From: Methanotrichaceae archaeon
GTDB lineage: Archaea > Halobacteriota > Methanosarcinia > Methanotrichales > Methanotrichaceae
Reading direction: 5' to 3'
Length of the DNA stretch: 64,000 nucleotides
Assembly: GCA_963754945.1 (NCBI GenBank)
Contig: CAVWIG010000018.1
Span: 132,031 to 196,030 of the forward strand
The position numbers were made by a program, and so were the translations under genes. The notes under the pieces were generated by a model. The model saw nothing but the letters and a program-made list of their open reading frames with translations. It was not told the origin of the DNA and searched no databases. This document shows positions 11,045 through 21,858 of the stretch, in pieces (the first letter of the stretch is position 1; every line of letters begins with the position of its first letter).

Positions 11045-12190
11045 TTAGACGACTAAACGCCTCTCGAACTCGGTGAGGTTATCGCATCCCTCTGGCCTAA
11101 CAACCAAAAGATCCTCCAGACGGACACCGCCCAGGTCCGGATAGTAGAGACCAGGCTCGACTGTGACAACACTGCCGGCCTGCAGCACCCCTCCAGCCTC
11201 GCTGAGGGATGGGCTCTCGTGGACCTCCAAGCCCACCCCATGACCGGTGGAGTGGATGAACCCACTATCATCTCCCTCCGGATAACCGCGGTCTAGGAAA
11301 ATCTGGCTTACACTGGAGTGAACTTCTTTGCCGTCGACTCCCGCGCGCACGGCATCTATTCCGGCATTCTGGGCTGCTACCACAGCGTCATAGATGTCCA
11401 CGATCTCGGGACTGGCCTCCCCCCTTAGCACTGTCCTGGTCATGTCGGCAAAGTATCTGCTGCGTTTGGACCTAGGGAAGATATCGATCACAACAGGGGA
11501 GTTGGCCGGGAGTGGGCCGCAGCCACTAGCGTGGGGATTGGCGGCAGCAGTCCCTCCGGCCACTATTGTGTCAAACGCGTCGCACCCCTCCTCGAGGAGG
11601 GATATCTCGATGGAGCTTCGGACTTTCTCCGATGTCAGAGGGTTGCCGTCCGCGTACAGGTAATCTCCTTTGGGTTCCGATCTGGAGATCGAGTCGATAG
11701 CCAAGCGCATGGCCTTTTCACAAGCCTTCTGCACCCTCCCTATGGCCTCGATTTCCTGCTCGCTCTTGACCTCACGCCACTTGGAGACGGGACTCTCAAC
11801 GATTGTGATCTGGAACTCCTTGGAGAGCGTTGTGAAGATTCCCGCCGGAAACCTTTGTGGCACACCGATTCGACGCACTCCAAGGTCGCGAAGAAACTCG
11901 ACCAGAGCTGCTGAGTAGGCAACGCCAGGTTTTCCCGAGGCTTTGAGCAACTCCCTGATGCCATACTCGGATGTGCTGACCACCTTGTCGGCAGAGCTCT
12001 CGTGCATTGCCCTGCGTAGCTCCATGGACGAGACGAGCATGGTAACTTTCTCCGCGGCCAGGATGGTGAAGCGATCGACAGCGGAGAACCTGGTAAGATA
12101 GTACATATCAGGATCGCAGATGCTGTCGCCGACAAGAAGAAGCCCGTCCAGTTTCTGCTCTTCCAGGTACTTCTTCAGCTTTGTCTGCAT
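11045..12190 (-). CDS. Xaa-Pro peptidase, M24 family
   Basis: YFADMTRT, HSTGHGVGLEVHE, TVEPGLY, GVRLED. Confidence 0.9.
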   Translation of the reverse strand: MQTKLKKYLEEQKLDGLLLVGDSICDPDMYYLTRFSAVDRFTILAAEKVTMLVSSMELRRAMHESSADKVVSTSEYGIRELLKASGKPGVAYSAALVEFLRDLGVRRIGVPQRFPAGIFTTLSKEFQITIVESPVSKWREVKSEQEIEAIGRVQKACEKAMRLAIDSISRSEPKGDYLYADGNPLTSEKVRSSIEISLLEEGCDAFDTIVAGGTAAANPHASGCGPLPANSPVVIDIFPRSKRSRYFADMTRTVLRGEASPEIVDIYDAVVAAQNAGIDAVRAGVDGKEVHSSVSQIFLDRGYPEGDDSGFIHSTGHGVGLEVHESPSLSEAGGVLQAGSVVTVEPGLYYPDLGGVRLEDLLVVRPEGCDNLTEFERRLVV

Positions 12191-12942
12191 TTTATGGCCC
12201 TGGTGACATCGAGGACGAAGGCTGTCACGTCCTTGCTCTTCTCCACCGCGGTTCCTGTTACTATCAAGTTCGCGCCCGCCTTCACTACCTCGGCGGCCGC
12301 AGCTCCGCTTCGGATCCCTCCACCGACCACCAGGAGGGTCTCCCCCAAAACACGTTTCACAGCTTTGACCATCTCAAGGGGCACGGGCGTTTCAGCTCCC
12401 GATCCGGCCTCCAGGTAGACCATGCGCATACCCAAGTACTTGGCTGCTAGAGCATAGGCGGCTGCTATCTCCGGTTTCTTTCGGGGTATGATCCTGGCAT
12501 CCCCCACCCAGCCCACAGTCCCTCCAGGCTCTACTATTATGTAGGCCATGGGCAAGGGCTCGAGATTATACCTCATAACCAGGGGTGCACCGAGCACCTG
12601 GTTCTCTACGATGTAGCTGGTGGACCTGGAGTTCAAGAGGCTCATGAAAAATACGGCATCTGCATTCTGACAAAGTCCAGCTGCGCTGCTGGGAAATAGG
12701 ATGACTGGCAGTTCGGTCCGCTCTTTGATCTGTCTGACAGTCTCTTCAAGTATAGAACCACTGGCCCCTACCGAGCCGCCCACCATGATGGCATCCGTGC
12801 CTCCAGCCGCTGCGGCCTCAGCAATCCTGCCTGCCTCTGATGGGCTCTGGGAATCCGGATCTATCAGCGTCAGATGGGCTGCTCCGTTGGCTACAACTGC
12901 CTGGACCAGTCCTTCCTCGACCCGGCCGATATTAAGCCTCAT
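12175..12942 (-). CDS. geranylgeranylglyceryl phosphate synthase
   Basis: HLTLIDPD, TDAIMVGGS, FMSLLNSR, YLEAGSGA, VGGGIR; start moved to MRLNIG to avoid overlapping rpl40e. Confidence 0.9.
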   Translation of the reverse strand: MRLNIGRVEEGLVQAVVANGAAHLTLIDPDSQSPSEAGRIAEAAAAGGTDAIMVGGSVGASGSILEETVRQIKERTELPVILFPSSAAGLCQNADAVFFMSLLNSRSTSYIVENQVLGAPLVMRYNLEPLPMAYIIVEPGGTVGWVGDARIIPRKKPEIAAAYALAAKYLGMRMVYLEAGSGAETPVPLEMVKAVKRVLGETLLVVGGGIRSGAAAAEVVKAGANLIVTGTAVEKSKDVTAFVLDVTRAIKCRQS

Positions 12943-12950
12943 GCAGAAGC

Positions 12951-13100
12951 TTAGGCAGCCCTGCTCTCCTTGGACTTCATCCTCAGCCCATGATAGCCGC
13001 ACTTGCGGCAGCGAGTAGCCTTAACCGGGTTACGCGCATTACAGTGCATACAGATCTTCAAGTTCAAAATCCTGTTTTCAGCCTCTGGAAACCTAGCCAT
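12951..13100 (-). CDS. rpl40e: 50S ribosomal protein L40e
   Basis: [10 protein letters not shown]...[11 protein letters not shown]...CRKCG. Confidence 0.95.
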   Translation of the reverse strand: MARFPEAENRILNLKICMHCNARNPVKATRCRKCGYHGLRMKSKESRAA

Positions 13101-13342
13101 TATAATCGCCTCATAAATCATTCTTGGATTGCGGTTCTTGAATTGTAATTGGTTTTGATTCTGTCTCAATTCTCGAAATCGCCAAGATAGGTTGTCTGCT
13201 CTGATATTAAGCTTTCCAGCAGATTTTGAAAGGATGGCACGATCTCGATCGAGAGTTCGAGACCCTAAGAAGCCAGTATGACTTCTTCGTTAGGTGCTGC
13301 AGCTAATGCTATCCCGGGAAAAAAAGGCTTCCGGTGATCTCT

Positions 13343-15427
13343 CTACCAGATCACCGGCCTCTCACTCTCTGGCCTGTAGAGTTTATCCCCCGGCTTTACT
13401 CCCGGGAACGCCTTGTAAAACTCGGGCACGTTGAAGACCACGCCGTCGACCCTGAATTTGGCGGGCGAGTGGGTATCGGTCAGTGCTCGCGTCCTCAGGG
13501 ATTCGTTCTTGTCCGATTCCCTCCAGATCTGGGCGAAGCTTAAGAAGAACCTCTGATCTCCAGTGAATCCATCGATCATCTCTGGCTCCCCTTTCAGTGA
13601 GAGCTTATAGGCCCGGTAGGCCATGGTCAATCCGCCGAAGTCTGCTATGTTCTCCTGTAGGGTCAGGTTGCCGTTGACGTGCAGGCCGGGCAGGACCTCG
13701 AACCTGTTGTACTCGTCCACCAAAACCCCCGTGCTCTTGTTGAAGTTATCGGCGTCCTTTGACGTCCACCAATCCGTCAAATTTCCGCTGGCATCGAACT
13801 TCCTGCCCTGGCTATCGAAGTTGTGAGTCATCTCGTGTCCTATAATGACACCTATGGCACCGTAGTTGACTGCGTCATCGGCGTCCTTGTTGAAGAAGGG
13901 TGGCTGAAGAATGCCTGCCGGGAAGACCATTAGGACTTTGTTATAGTCCGCATAGGCGTTAGTCTCCTGGGGGTTCATCTCCCATAGCTTGCGATCTACG
14001 GGCTTGCCTATCCTGTCCAGGCCGATGGGACCGTGGTGGAACTGGAATTTAGAGGCCGCCAGGACATTCATGACGTACGAATCGTTCTTCACTTCGAGCT
14101 TTGAATAATTCAGCCATTCATCGGGGTAGCCTACCTGGACATCCAGGACCTCAAGCTTCATGAGGGCTTTCTTCTTGGTTTCAGGCTCCATCCATGTCAG
14201 GTTTTGAATTCTCTCCCTGAAGGCCTTCTTTAGGTTGGATACCATCTCCTGCATCCTGGCCTTGGAGCCTGGGTCGAAATAACTGTCCACGTAGACACTT
14301 CCAATGGCTTCACCTATGGCCCCGTACTCTGCATCGAGGACCCTCTTCCAGCGGGGCTTCATCTCCTGCTGGCCATTGAGCTTTCTCCCATAGAAGTCAA
14401 AGTGCTCCCCCTCCAAGTCGGAGCTGAGATAGGGGGACGCGGCTAAGATCAGCTTCCAGCGCAGGAAGGTCTTCCAGTCAGCTATGCTCTCGTCCGCCAG
14501 GGCGGTGCTCAGCTCCTTGAAGAAGGACGGGTTTCTGACGTTCACCTCGGATACGTCCGGGCGACCAAAGGCGCTGAAGAGACGAGACCAGTTCATGCCC
14601 GGGGCAAAGGCCTGGAGCTCCTCAGGGCTCATCTTGTTATACGTTTTGACCTCATCGTTGTCGGCCACGTTGGTGAAGGATGCGTTGGCCAGGCGAGTCT
14701 CTATCGTCATAACGGTCCTGGCATTATTCTCAGCGACTTTTTGGCTATCGCCGAGGAAGACGAACATCTTGGCAACGTGAGTCAGGTACTGTTCTCTGGT
14801 CTTGATAGATTCGTTGTCCTGCCTGAGATAGAAGTCTCTTTCCGGAAGGCCTAGACCTCCCTGAGTGAGGGTGGCTATCATGACCTTGCTGTTCTTCTTG
14901 TCTGGTGCAGCGTACATGGAGAAGAAGGGGTCCATGCCATAGTCCATCATTTGCGTCGATACGGCCTGGACTTCGGAGCTGTTGGAGATATTGTCTATCA
15001 TCTTTAGCTCGTCTTTGATGGGATCCAGACGCTGCTTTTCCAGGGTGGAATTATTCATTCCCACGCGGTAGAACTCGCCGATCTTCTGGTCGAGGCTTCC
15101 CTTAGGGGCGGAGGTGTTGTTGGCTGCGCTCCCAACAATTGTTTTGACGCTGTCGTAGGTTCTGTCATCTACTATCTGGAACTCTCCGTATCGGGATTTG
15201 TCCGCGGGCACGGGGTGGCTATTTATCCAAGCTCCATCAACATATTCATAGAAGTCATCTCCGGGTTTTACTGAGAGGTTCATGCTCCCAGGGTCGAAGG
15301 CCTTCTCGTGGCCTGAGGTGCTCGTGTTAACAATCGCGGCTTCAGAAGAACCAAAAGCTACGAGGGTTAAAGCGATAGTTAGTGCGATGCCAAAAGCGAA
15401 TAGACATACTACTCCCTTCCTCTTCAT
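13343..15427 (-). CDS. secreted M13 (neprilysin/PepO-like) zinc endopeptidase
   Basis: Signal peptide; PGDDFY, NAY, FPAGILQPPFF, GHEMTH, ENIAD, HSP motifs. Confidence 0.92.
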   Translation of the reverse strand: MKRKGVVCLFAFGIALTIALTLVAFGSSEAAIVNTSTSGHEKAFDPGSMNLSVKPGDDFYEYVDGAWINSHPVPADKSRYGEFQIVDDRTYDSVKTIVGSAANNTSAPKGSLDQKIGEFYRVGMNNSTLEKQRLDPIKDELKMIDNISNSSEVQAVSTQMMDYGMDPFFSMYAAPDKKNSKVMIATLTQGGLGLPERDFYLRQDNESIKTREQYLTHVAKMFVFLGDSQKVAENNARTVMTIETRLANASFTNVADNDEVKTYNKMSPEELQAFAPGMNWSRLFSAFGRPDVSEVNVRNPSFFKELSTALADESIADWKTFLRWKLILAASPYLSSDLEGEHFDFYGRKLNGQQEMKPRWKRVLDAEYGAIGEAIGSVYVDSYFDPGSKARMQEMVSNLKKAFRERIQNLTWMEPETKKKALMKLEVLDVQVGYPDEWLNYSKLEVKNDSYVMNVLAASKFQFHHGPIGLDRIGKPVDRKLWEMNPQETNAYADYNKVLMVFPAGILQPPFFNKDADDAVNYGAIGVIIGHEMTHNFDSQGRKFDASGNLTDWWTSKDADNFNKSTGVLVDEYNRFEVLPGLHVNGNLTLQENIADFGGLTMAYRAYKLSLKGEPEMIDGFTGDQRFFLSFAQIWRESDKNESLRTRALTDTHSPAKFRVDGVVFNVPEFYKAFPGVKPGDKLYRPESERPVIW

Positions 15428-15696
15428 GTCTCCTCAACTCCTATGAAGCTAAGGAACCTCTTACACTGCATATAAAGGTTGCTTATTGTATGTGGTTAGT
15501 CCTCCGAGAAACACTCTATTGACAAGACGATCCGTACAAATATACATACTCATAGGAACTGGGATTGGCCTTTGTATCCCAGCTCCTTGGCTTTGACCAA
15601 TGCGACGCAGGATTCACTTTTTCTTTACATCCTGAAGCGATCAAAACCCTTCGCCACTTTGTCTTAGTTTAACGTAGTCCTGCACTTTATACAGAT

Positions 15697-16785
15697 TAGG
15701 ACTTACGCAGTTGAATCTTTCGACAATGAATAATAAGGATATTTTATATATTCGCGAATTGACTCGCGAATAATTCTTCGCTTAGATTCGAACCAACTTA
15801 TTCCTATTCTAAGCCTTTCTACTTCTAATCTGAGAAACGCTCTCAGGGAGAACATTATGTGTGCTCTCTGGGACTGACTTTTTCTTGCTTGACAGCTTTC
15901 GACTCCACAGAATTGCTTTATGCCTCTGTGATATTCCTCAATCTTCCAGGAATATCCACCAAATTTTTCGCGTTTAGCTTCGTCTATCTCCAGCACGTCA
16001 GTTGCCCAGTATCCTATGTCACCGTCATTAGAGACTATCCGGAATACTTTTATAAAACCATAAGCTTTTAAATGCACTTCCCTGCCTTGCAGCGGTATCT
16101 CTATCTCCTGAATTTGCATATTTTTGGTGTTATTCGGATTCACTAGCCTATTTTTCTTCAATCGGGTCAGCCAGTGCCATCCAGACTTTCGTATGGTTTT
16201 GAGATTATCTACACTGGCATACCAGCTATCGAAGAGAACAATACAGGGCTGAAAACGCCGTTCTTTTGCTTTGGCAAGCATATCTCGAAAATGATCATTT
16301 TTTGTCTTGCCGTCGACATCTATATCGTAGATTCGGAAATCAACGGGAATTATAGCGTTTCCATCTGTCCACAGCAACGTACAAATATTGATTCCATTCA
16401 CCAATCGATGCTGTTTTCCACTCCATTGATGATAGACTAGGCTCATATTTTTAGCATATGGCTTGTCCAACGTCGTATCGTCAATAACCAAGAAACCATT
16501 TTGAGGCTGAACAATATCCTTTACCTCATTCCACAACGTATCCGTATCTGGAGGCTGTCTTTGTAGAAGACGGGTAAATGCATCATGCGATGGACTATTT
16601 TCTCCTACTGGCTGGCACCTTGCAGCCTCAGTACAGGTAAAAACATCTACTGATGCTATCAGAAAGTGAATATAATCAAGATCATCGCACTTGGAAGGAT
16701 TCAAGTTCAGCCCTATCCCATTTATTTGTTGGTATTAATATAGCATATGCAATATAAGAAGATTCTGCCAAGTGCGTAAGTCCTA
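15697..16785 (-). mobile_element. IS701-family element (copy 1)
   Basis: TIR TAGGACTTACGCA at both ends; TSD CAGAT; matching copy at 55335-56423. Confidence 0.92.
15703..16704 (-). CDS. IS701-family transposase
   Basis: LVIDDTTLDKPY, VLFDSWY, WKIEEYHRGIKQ; TTG start. Confidence 0.9.
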   Translation of the reverse strand: MNPSKCDDLDYIHFLIASVDVFTCTEAARCQPVGENSPSHDAFTRLLQRQPPDTDTLWNEVKDIVQPQNGFLVIDDTTLDKPYAKNMSLVYHQWSGKQHRLVNGINICTLLWTDGNAIIPVDFRIYDIDVDGKTKNDHFRDMLAKAKERRFQPCIVLFDSWYASVDNLKTIRKSGWHWLTRLKKNRLVNPNNTKNMQIQEIEIPLQGREVHLKAYGFIKVFRIVSNDGDIGYWATDVLEIDEAKREKFGGYSWKIEEYHRGIKQFCGVESCQARKSQSQRAHIMFSLRAFLRLEVERLRIGISWFESKRRIIRESIREYIKYPYYSLSKDSTA

Positions 16786-16794
16786 CAGATAAGA

Positions 16795-18204
16795 GAGAGT
16801 TTCGAAAAACTAATCAATCGAAATACTTATATACTATTAATACTATAATATAATGCATGAGGACTCTCATTGATTTTGCCATTCGAGCAGAATATGCTCG
16901 AGTAAAAGCCCTCGGAGATGATCTATCCGAGATCGGATCGTTGATCAATTGGGAGCGTTTCAGATTTTTGGAACCATTGATATACAAAAATAAAACTAGC
17001 CGCGGAGGTCGTCCGAACATTGACATCGTGATTATGGTGAAAGCTCTCGTAATTCAGCATTGGTTTGGTCTAACAGATCCAGAACTGGAGCGACAGGTTG
17101 CGGATAGGATCTCTTTTCGTATTTTCCTTGGCACCACTGAAGTAATTCCTGATTTCAGCACAGTTTGGCTATTCCGTGAACGTTTGATTAAGTGCGACGT
17201 ATACGATGATCTTTGGAATGAGCTTCAAAGGCAGCTCGATGAGATGGGGTTTACTGTAAAGAATGGCACTATCCAGGATGCAACCTTCATAACTTCGGAC
17301 CCAGGTCGGAAGAGGAACAAGAAAGACGAGCAAGGCGGGGACAAAAAGGGGTCGTGTATGTGAGCTACTGAAAAGCGCTAACAAGTGTCCAAATGGATAT
17401 TTACCGGGAAATCGACCCTTAGCACCTGATTTGGGCAATGATTTTCAGCAATATTCACCCACGACCCAAAAAGGAAGGTCAAGATTCCGAAGCCACCAGT
17501 ACGAGCCTGAATCAGGAGTTTGATAAAGAGCTAATTGGTATTTCAAATAATATTATTGATGACAAGGCCAAACCACAGAGACTCGAAGAAGAGCCAATAA
17601 ATGAGGGAAGTTGGGCAAAAAAGGGTGTCAAATCCTTTTTCGGATATAAAGGTCATATCTCAATCGATACCAATTACCACCTTATCAGATATTTTGAGAC
17701 TACAACTGCTTCTGTACACGATAGTCAGGTAGATCTTGGAATTGAAGGGCTACCACGTTACGCCGATAAGGGATATGATGGTGCAAAAACTCGAGGATAT
17801 GATGCAGCCATGAAAAAAGCTACAAGAGGTCACAAGCTTGGAATCATAGATCTTCTGAGGAATAAGAGAATCAGTAAAACGCGATCGCACATCGAAAGAT
17901 GCTTCGCTGTTATGAAGCGGGGGCATAAGGGAGCACATGTTTATGTAACAACTGTCGCAAGAGCTGGAGTAAAATTCATGATGAATTCGGTCGTTTACAA
18001 CCTGGAACAGTTGAAATATTTAGTGCATAAACAAACAGCCTAGCGGAAGCTCTCTAAAAAAGCGCAAAAATTAGAAACAACAAGGTAAATTGAAATCTAA
18101 TAAGCCAATTTAGGGGTGAAATATGCTAAAAAACCACTATAAAGATTGAAAATATTAACGCAAGAATTTAAGGCTTCATTAACCAACACTAAATCGAAAC
18201 CCTC
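16795..18204 (+). mobile_element. IS5-family element (multi-copy type), transposase disrupted by a MITE
   Basis: TIR GAGAGTTTCGA / TCGAAACCCTC; TSD AAGA; ORF 16857-18043 broken at 17350. Confidence 0.9.
17350..17466. mobile_element. MITE (117 bp) with IS1-type ends
   Basis: Ends GGTCGTG...CACGACC; 8-bp TSD CAAAAAGG; empty site visible in the IS5 copy near 40250. Confidence 0.9.
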
Positions 18205-18261
18205 AAGAGATGAAATAAGTTAATATTCACGGACTTCAATTCATCGTGTAGGAGGGGACGA

Positions 18262-19887
18262 ATGAGATACAACTTCCTTCTGATAGGAATCACCCTGACA
18301 ATGACAATATTTGTCGCCACGCTTATTGCAAGCTGCCAGATGCAAGGCAGAACTGGCCAGAACAGTACCCCTGATTTAACGGCTAAAGAGGCCTATGACC
18401 GGCTCCTGAACACTTCCGTTGAGATGGCTTACCTCGAAACGATGATAAGCCTCTCTGATTGGGATCAGGCCATTTCAATGCCTCAGAATGCGACTGAATA
18501 TCGGGCCAAGGCCCAAAGCTATCTTGTGGATCTGGAAAACAAGAAAATGATCGATCCTGAGTTCGGCAGGCTTCTCTCCATTGCCAATAATGGCAGTAAT
18601 TGGTCGACAGCCGAGGCCGCCAACCTCAGGCTCTGGAATCGCGATTACAACAAGAGGATAAAATTGCCCCCAGACTTCGCAGCCCGTGAGTCAGAGATGT
18701 CTTCTCTGGCCGAGGCCGCCTGGGAGGAAGCCAGAACGAAGGACAATTACTCCATATTCCGGCCCCATCTGAAGGCAATGGTTGAGCTGGACAAAGAGAA
18801 GATCAGATATTGGGGCTATAAAGAACACCCTTATGATGCCCTCCTGGATGACTTCATGCCCGGCATGACTGTGGCCAAATGCGACAAGCTCTTTGATGCC
18901 ATCAAGCCCCAGATCGTAGAGCTGATAACGAAGATAAAAGAATCCAACGCGACTGCTACAAAGAATATCTACGGCAACGCCTCTTATCCGGAGGACAAGC
19001 AGGAGGAGTTCACGAAGAATGTAACTTCTGCCCTTGGCTACGATTACGGATCTGGGATTATGGTCAAGACCAATAGGCACCCAGCGACTTACGGAATCGG
19101 AGCCCATGATGTCAGGACCAGCCTAAGGTATGATGTGCACAACCCGGAGGATGCCATCCTGACGGCGATTCACGAGGGAGGCCACGGCATCGCTGCCCAG
19201 AAGATTCCAGATGAGTACTACGGAATGCCAATCGGTACCGAACCGGGCATGAACATGGCCGAGGCCGAGTCGAGGCTGTTCGAGAACAACTTGGGTCGCA
19301 GCAGAGCATTCTGGGAGTACTGGTTGCCTCAGTTGAAGAAAGAGTTCAGACCCGAGATGAATAACGTCTCACTGGATGATATGTACAGACATGTCAATAG
19401 GCTAAACATCGGCCCCATACGCACAGATGCGGACGAGGTATCCTACATTCTCCATGTCATCATCCGTTATGAGATAGAACGCGATCTCTTCGATGGAAAT
19501 ATTAGCGTAGACGACCTGCCGATGATCTGGAGTCAAAAGTACAAGGAGTATTTAGGAGTGAACGTCACCGATGACAAAAACGGCATACTTCAAGACGATC
19601 ATTGGGCTGCAGGATACTTCGGCTACTTCCCGGCTTATGCCCTGGGTTCCATGAACGCAGCTCAGCTTGAGGCGACCATGAGAAGAGACCACCCAGACCT
19701 GGACAAGAGATTCGCTTCAGGCGACTTCTCCATACCCGTCTCATGGATGCAGGAGCACGTGTACATGTATGGTGCTATCTATGATACGCCTGAGCTGATG
19801 AAGAAAGCAACAGGGAACGAGACAGAGGCTTATGATTTCCTGAACTACCTGAACAGCAAGTACAAGACGTTATACAATCTTAAGTGA
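18262..19887 (+). CDS. M32 (carboxypeptidase Taq) metallocarboxypeptidase with N-terminal hydrophobic signal
   Basis: HPYDALL, HEGGH, IRTDADE, ILQDDHW, GYFPAYALG. Confidence 0.9.
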   Translation: MRYNFLLIGITLTMTIFVATLIASCQMQGRTGQNSTPDLTAKEAYDRLLNTSVEMAYLETMISLSDWDQAISMPQNATEYRAKAQSYLVDLENKKMIDPEFGRLLSIANNGSNWSTAEAANLRLWNRDYNKRIKLPPDFAARESEMSSLAEAAWEEARTKDNYSIFRPHLKAMVELDKEKIRYWGYKEHPYDALLDDFMPGMTVAKCDKLFDAIKPQIVELITKIKESNATATKNIYGNASYPEDKQEEFTKNVTSALGYDYGSGIMVKTNRHPATYGIGAHDVRTSLRYDVHNPEDAILTAIHEGGHGIAAQKIPDEYYGMPIGTEPGMNMAEAESRLFENNLGRSRAFWEYWLPQLKKEFRPEMNNVSLDDMYRHVNRLNIGPIRTDADEVSYILHVIIRYEIERDLFDGNISVDDLPMIWSQKYKEYLGVNVTDDKNGILQDDHWAAGYFGYFPAYALGSMNAAQLEATMRRDHPDLDKRFASGDFSIPVSWMQEHVYMYGAIYDTPELMKKATGNETEAYDFLNYLNSKYKTLYNLK

Positions 19888-20137
19888 CTCTATAACAATT
19901 AAGCTGGCGTCTGATGGCTTGCAGTAGTTATTAACGCCTGCAAGCTATTATATTTTTAAGTAGGATTATTTCCAACAGCTCGTATCCAAGGGGACTGCAG
20001 GAGCGGGCTTACACTTATATAATATCAAAGCGGCTGCGGCTTTAGCCTTCACCAAGCCAGAGGTATAATTGCGGGAAGATCCGAGGTTCTAGAGCAATAT
20101 AAAGATGCGAAGGCATTTTGCTTAGTAAATAAGTACC

Positions 20138-20446
20138 GGGGAATGAGGACTTTACAAAAGCATCTGTACCTAAAAGGGACCTCGTTTCCATCTTACAGAT
20201 GTTCGCACAGAACGATCGCCTGAAGATAGCCAAAGGCTTGAATTTCGGCCAATTTTATCTGAGGAGCTAAAATTCTTTAGGGTTAAAGTCGATCTCAATA
20301 CAGCACACGATTCTTACGGCTGCTGGATGGACGGCGAACACGACGACTTAATATTATCGACTGCCATTGCCCTTTCGACAGCAGAGCATCGATTTAGGAG
20401 CGATGATGATCACGCAATTATCGTGAGGCTCATCCGCTCAGGTTAA
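20138..20446 (+). pseudogene. remnant of terminase large-subunit nuclease (RNase H-like) domain
   Basis: Two frames joined: SVPKRDLVSILQ..QNDRLKIAKGL / LSEELKFFRVKVDLNTAHDSYGCWMDGEHDDLILSTAIAL. Confidence 0.6.
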
Positions 20447-20707
20447 GTTTACCAATATGGGGGACAGCTCCTCTTCTTCCTTCTAGGAGCCTGCCTGGGG
20501 TGGTCCTGCCTGATTTGCAGGGCCACCTTTAGATAGATGCTTTTTTGGATTTGCCTTAACATAGCGCCGGCAATTGGCGGCAACTCTGACTCAGGACGGT
20601 ATTTTATAATAATATAGACGGAAGGTTGTACGCTCAAATATCATCTAACAATATAGCTATCTACCGAAAACGGAATAAAGTACTTTGGTTATGGCTAATA
20701 AAGCGAT

Positions 20708-21296
20708 ATGACAGATGATTTTGAGATCATGGGGTCTTGGTGGTTACCAGAAAATGAAAATAGAAAAATACCAGGTTTATTGAAATTTGTGGCTGAAAAA
20801 GAGATAGAATTGGAGCTAATGAGTTCATTCGATGAATCTCAAGAACAATTCTTCGAAAGGGAACAGCCTCAATATTTTGATATCATACTCGGAGAATCTA
20901 ATGGACACAAGATAACTCTTCTCAGATCTCAAGAAAAAAACAGAAACGGGGGATCTGTAGGCGACTCAGCGTTTCGACGTTCGTCGTTCCATTGCGATTA
21001 TATCATAAAAGGGATCCACTTTCTAAGCTTAGATGATATTAAATTTGCTCGAATGAGTGTCAATTTCACTTATTTAGAAGATTGGATATCCCCAAATCCG
21101 TTTGTATATGAAGAACAGGATGGTATGGATGTTATTAGGTATGTTAATCCACCGAGTCACGATATAAAAATTGAAAAGATAAATTCGGTTATATCAATAG
21201 TATCATCTGAAACCTATTCGAATGATTTCAAGACTGTATCAATGAGTGTTCATTCAGCTTTCATAATTAAGCCAATAGCAGAATCGAAAGATCTAG
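20708..21296 (+). pseudogene. ApeA-like N-terminal domain protein (HEPN-family defence gene), 3'-truncated by IS5
   Basis: GSWWLPENENRKIPGLLKF...IELEL, GHKITL and LEDWI pattern; ORF runs into the IS5 end at 21297. Confidence 0.6.
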
Positions 21297-21858
21297 GAGG
21301 GTTTCGATTTAGTGTTGGTTAATGAAGCCTTAAATTCTTGCGTTAATATTTTCAATCTTTATAGTGGTTTTTTAGCATATTTCACCCCTAAATTGGCTTA
21401 TTAGATTTCAATTTACCTTGTTGTTTCTAATTTTTGCGCTTTTTTAGAGAGCTTCCGCTAGGCTGTTTGTTTATGCACTAAATATTTCAACTGTTCCAGG
21501 TTGTAAACGACCGAATTCATCATGAATTTTACTCCAGCTCTTGCGACAGTTGTTACATAAACATGTGCTCCCTTATGCCCCCGCTTCATAACAGCGAAGC
21601 ATCTTTCGATGTGCGATCGCGTTTTACTGATTCTCTTATTCCTCAGAAGATCTATGATTCCAAGCTTGTGACCTCTTGTAGCTTTTTTCATGGCTGCATC
21701 ATATCCTCGAGTTTTTGCACCATCATATCCCTTATCGGCGTAACGTGGTAGCCCTTCAATTCCAAGATCTACCTGACTATCGTGTACAGAAGCAGTTGTA
21801 GTCTCAAAATATCTGATAAGGTGGTAATTGGTATCGATTGAGATATGACCTTTATATC
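21297..21858 (-). mobile_element. IS5 3' fragment truncated by IS256
   Basis: Reverse complement of about 17643-18204. Confidence 0.9.

Noticed and set aside
12943-13002. Extended N-terminus of GGGP synthase given in the ORF track
   Set aside because: It overlaps rpl40e on the same strand; the ATG at 12942 is more plausible.
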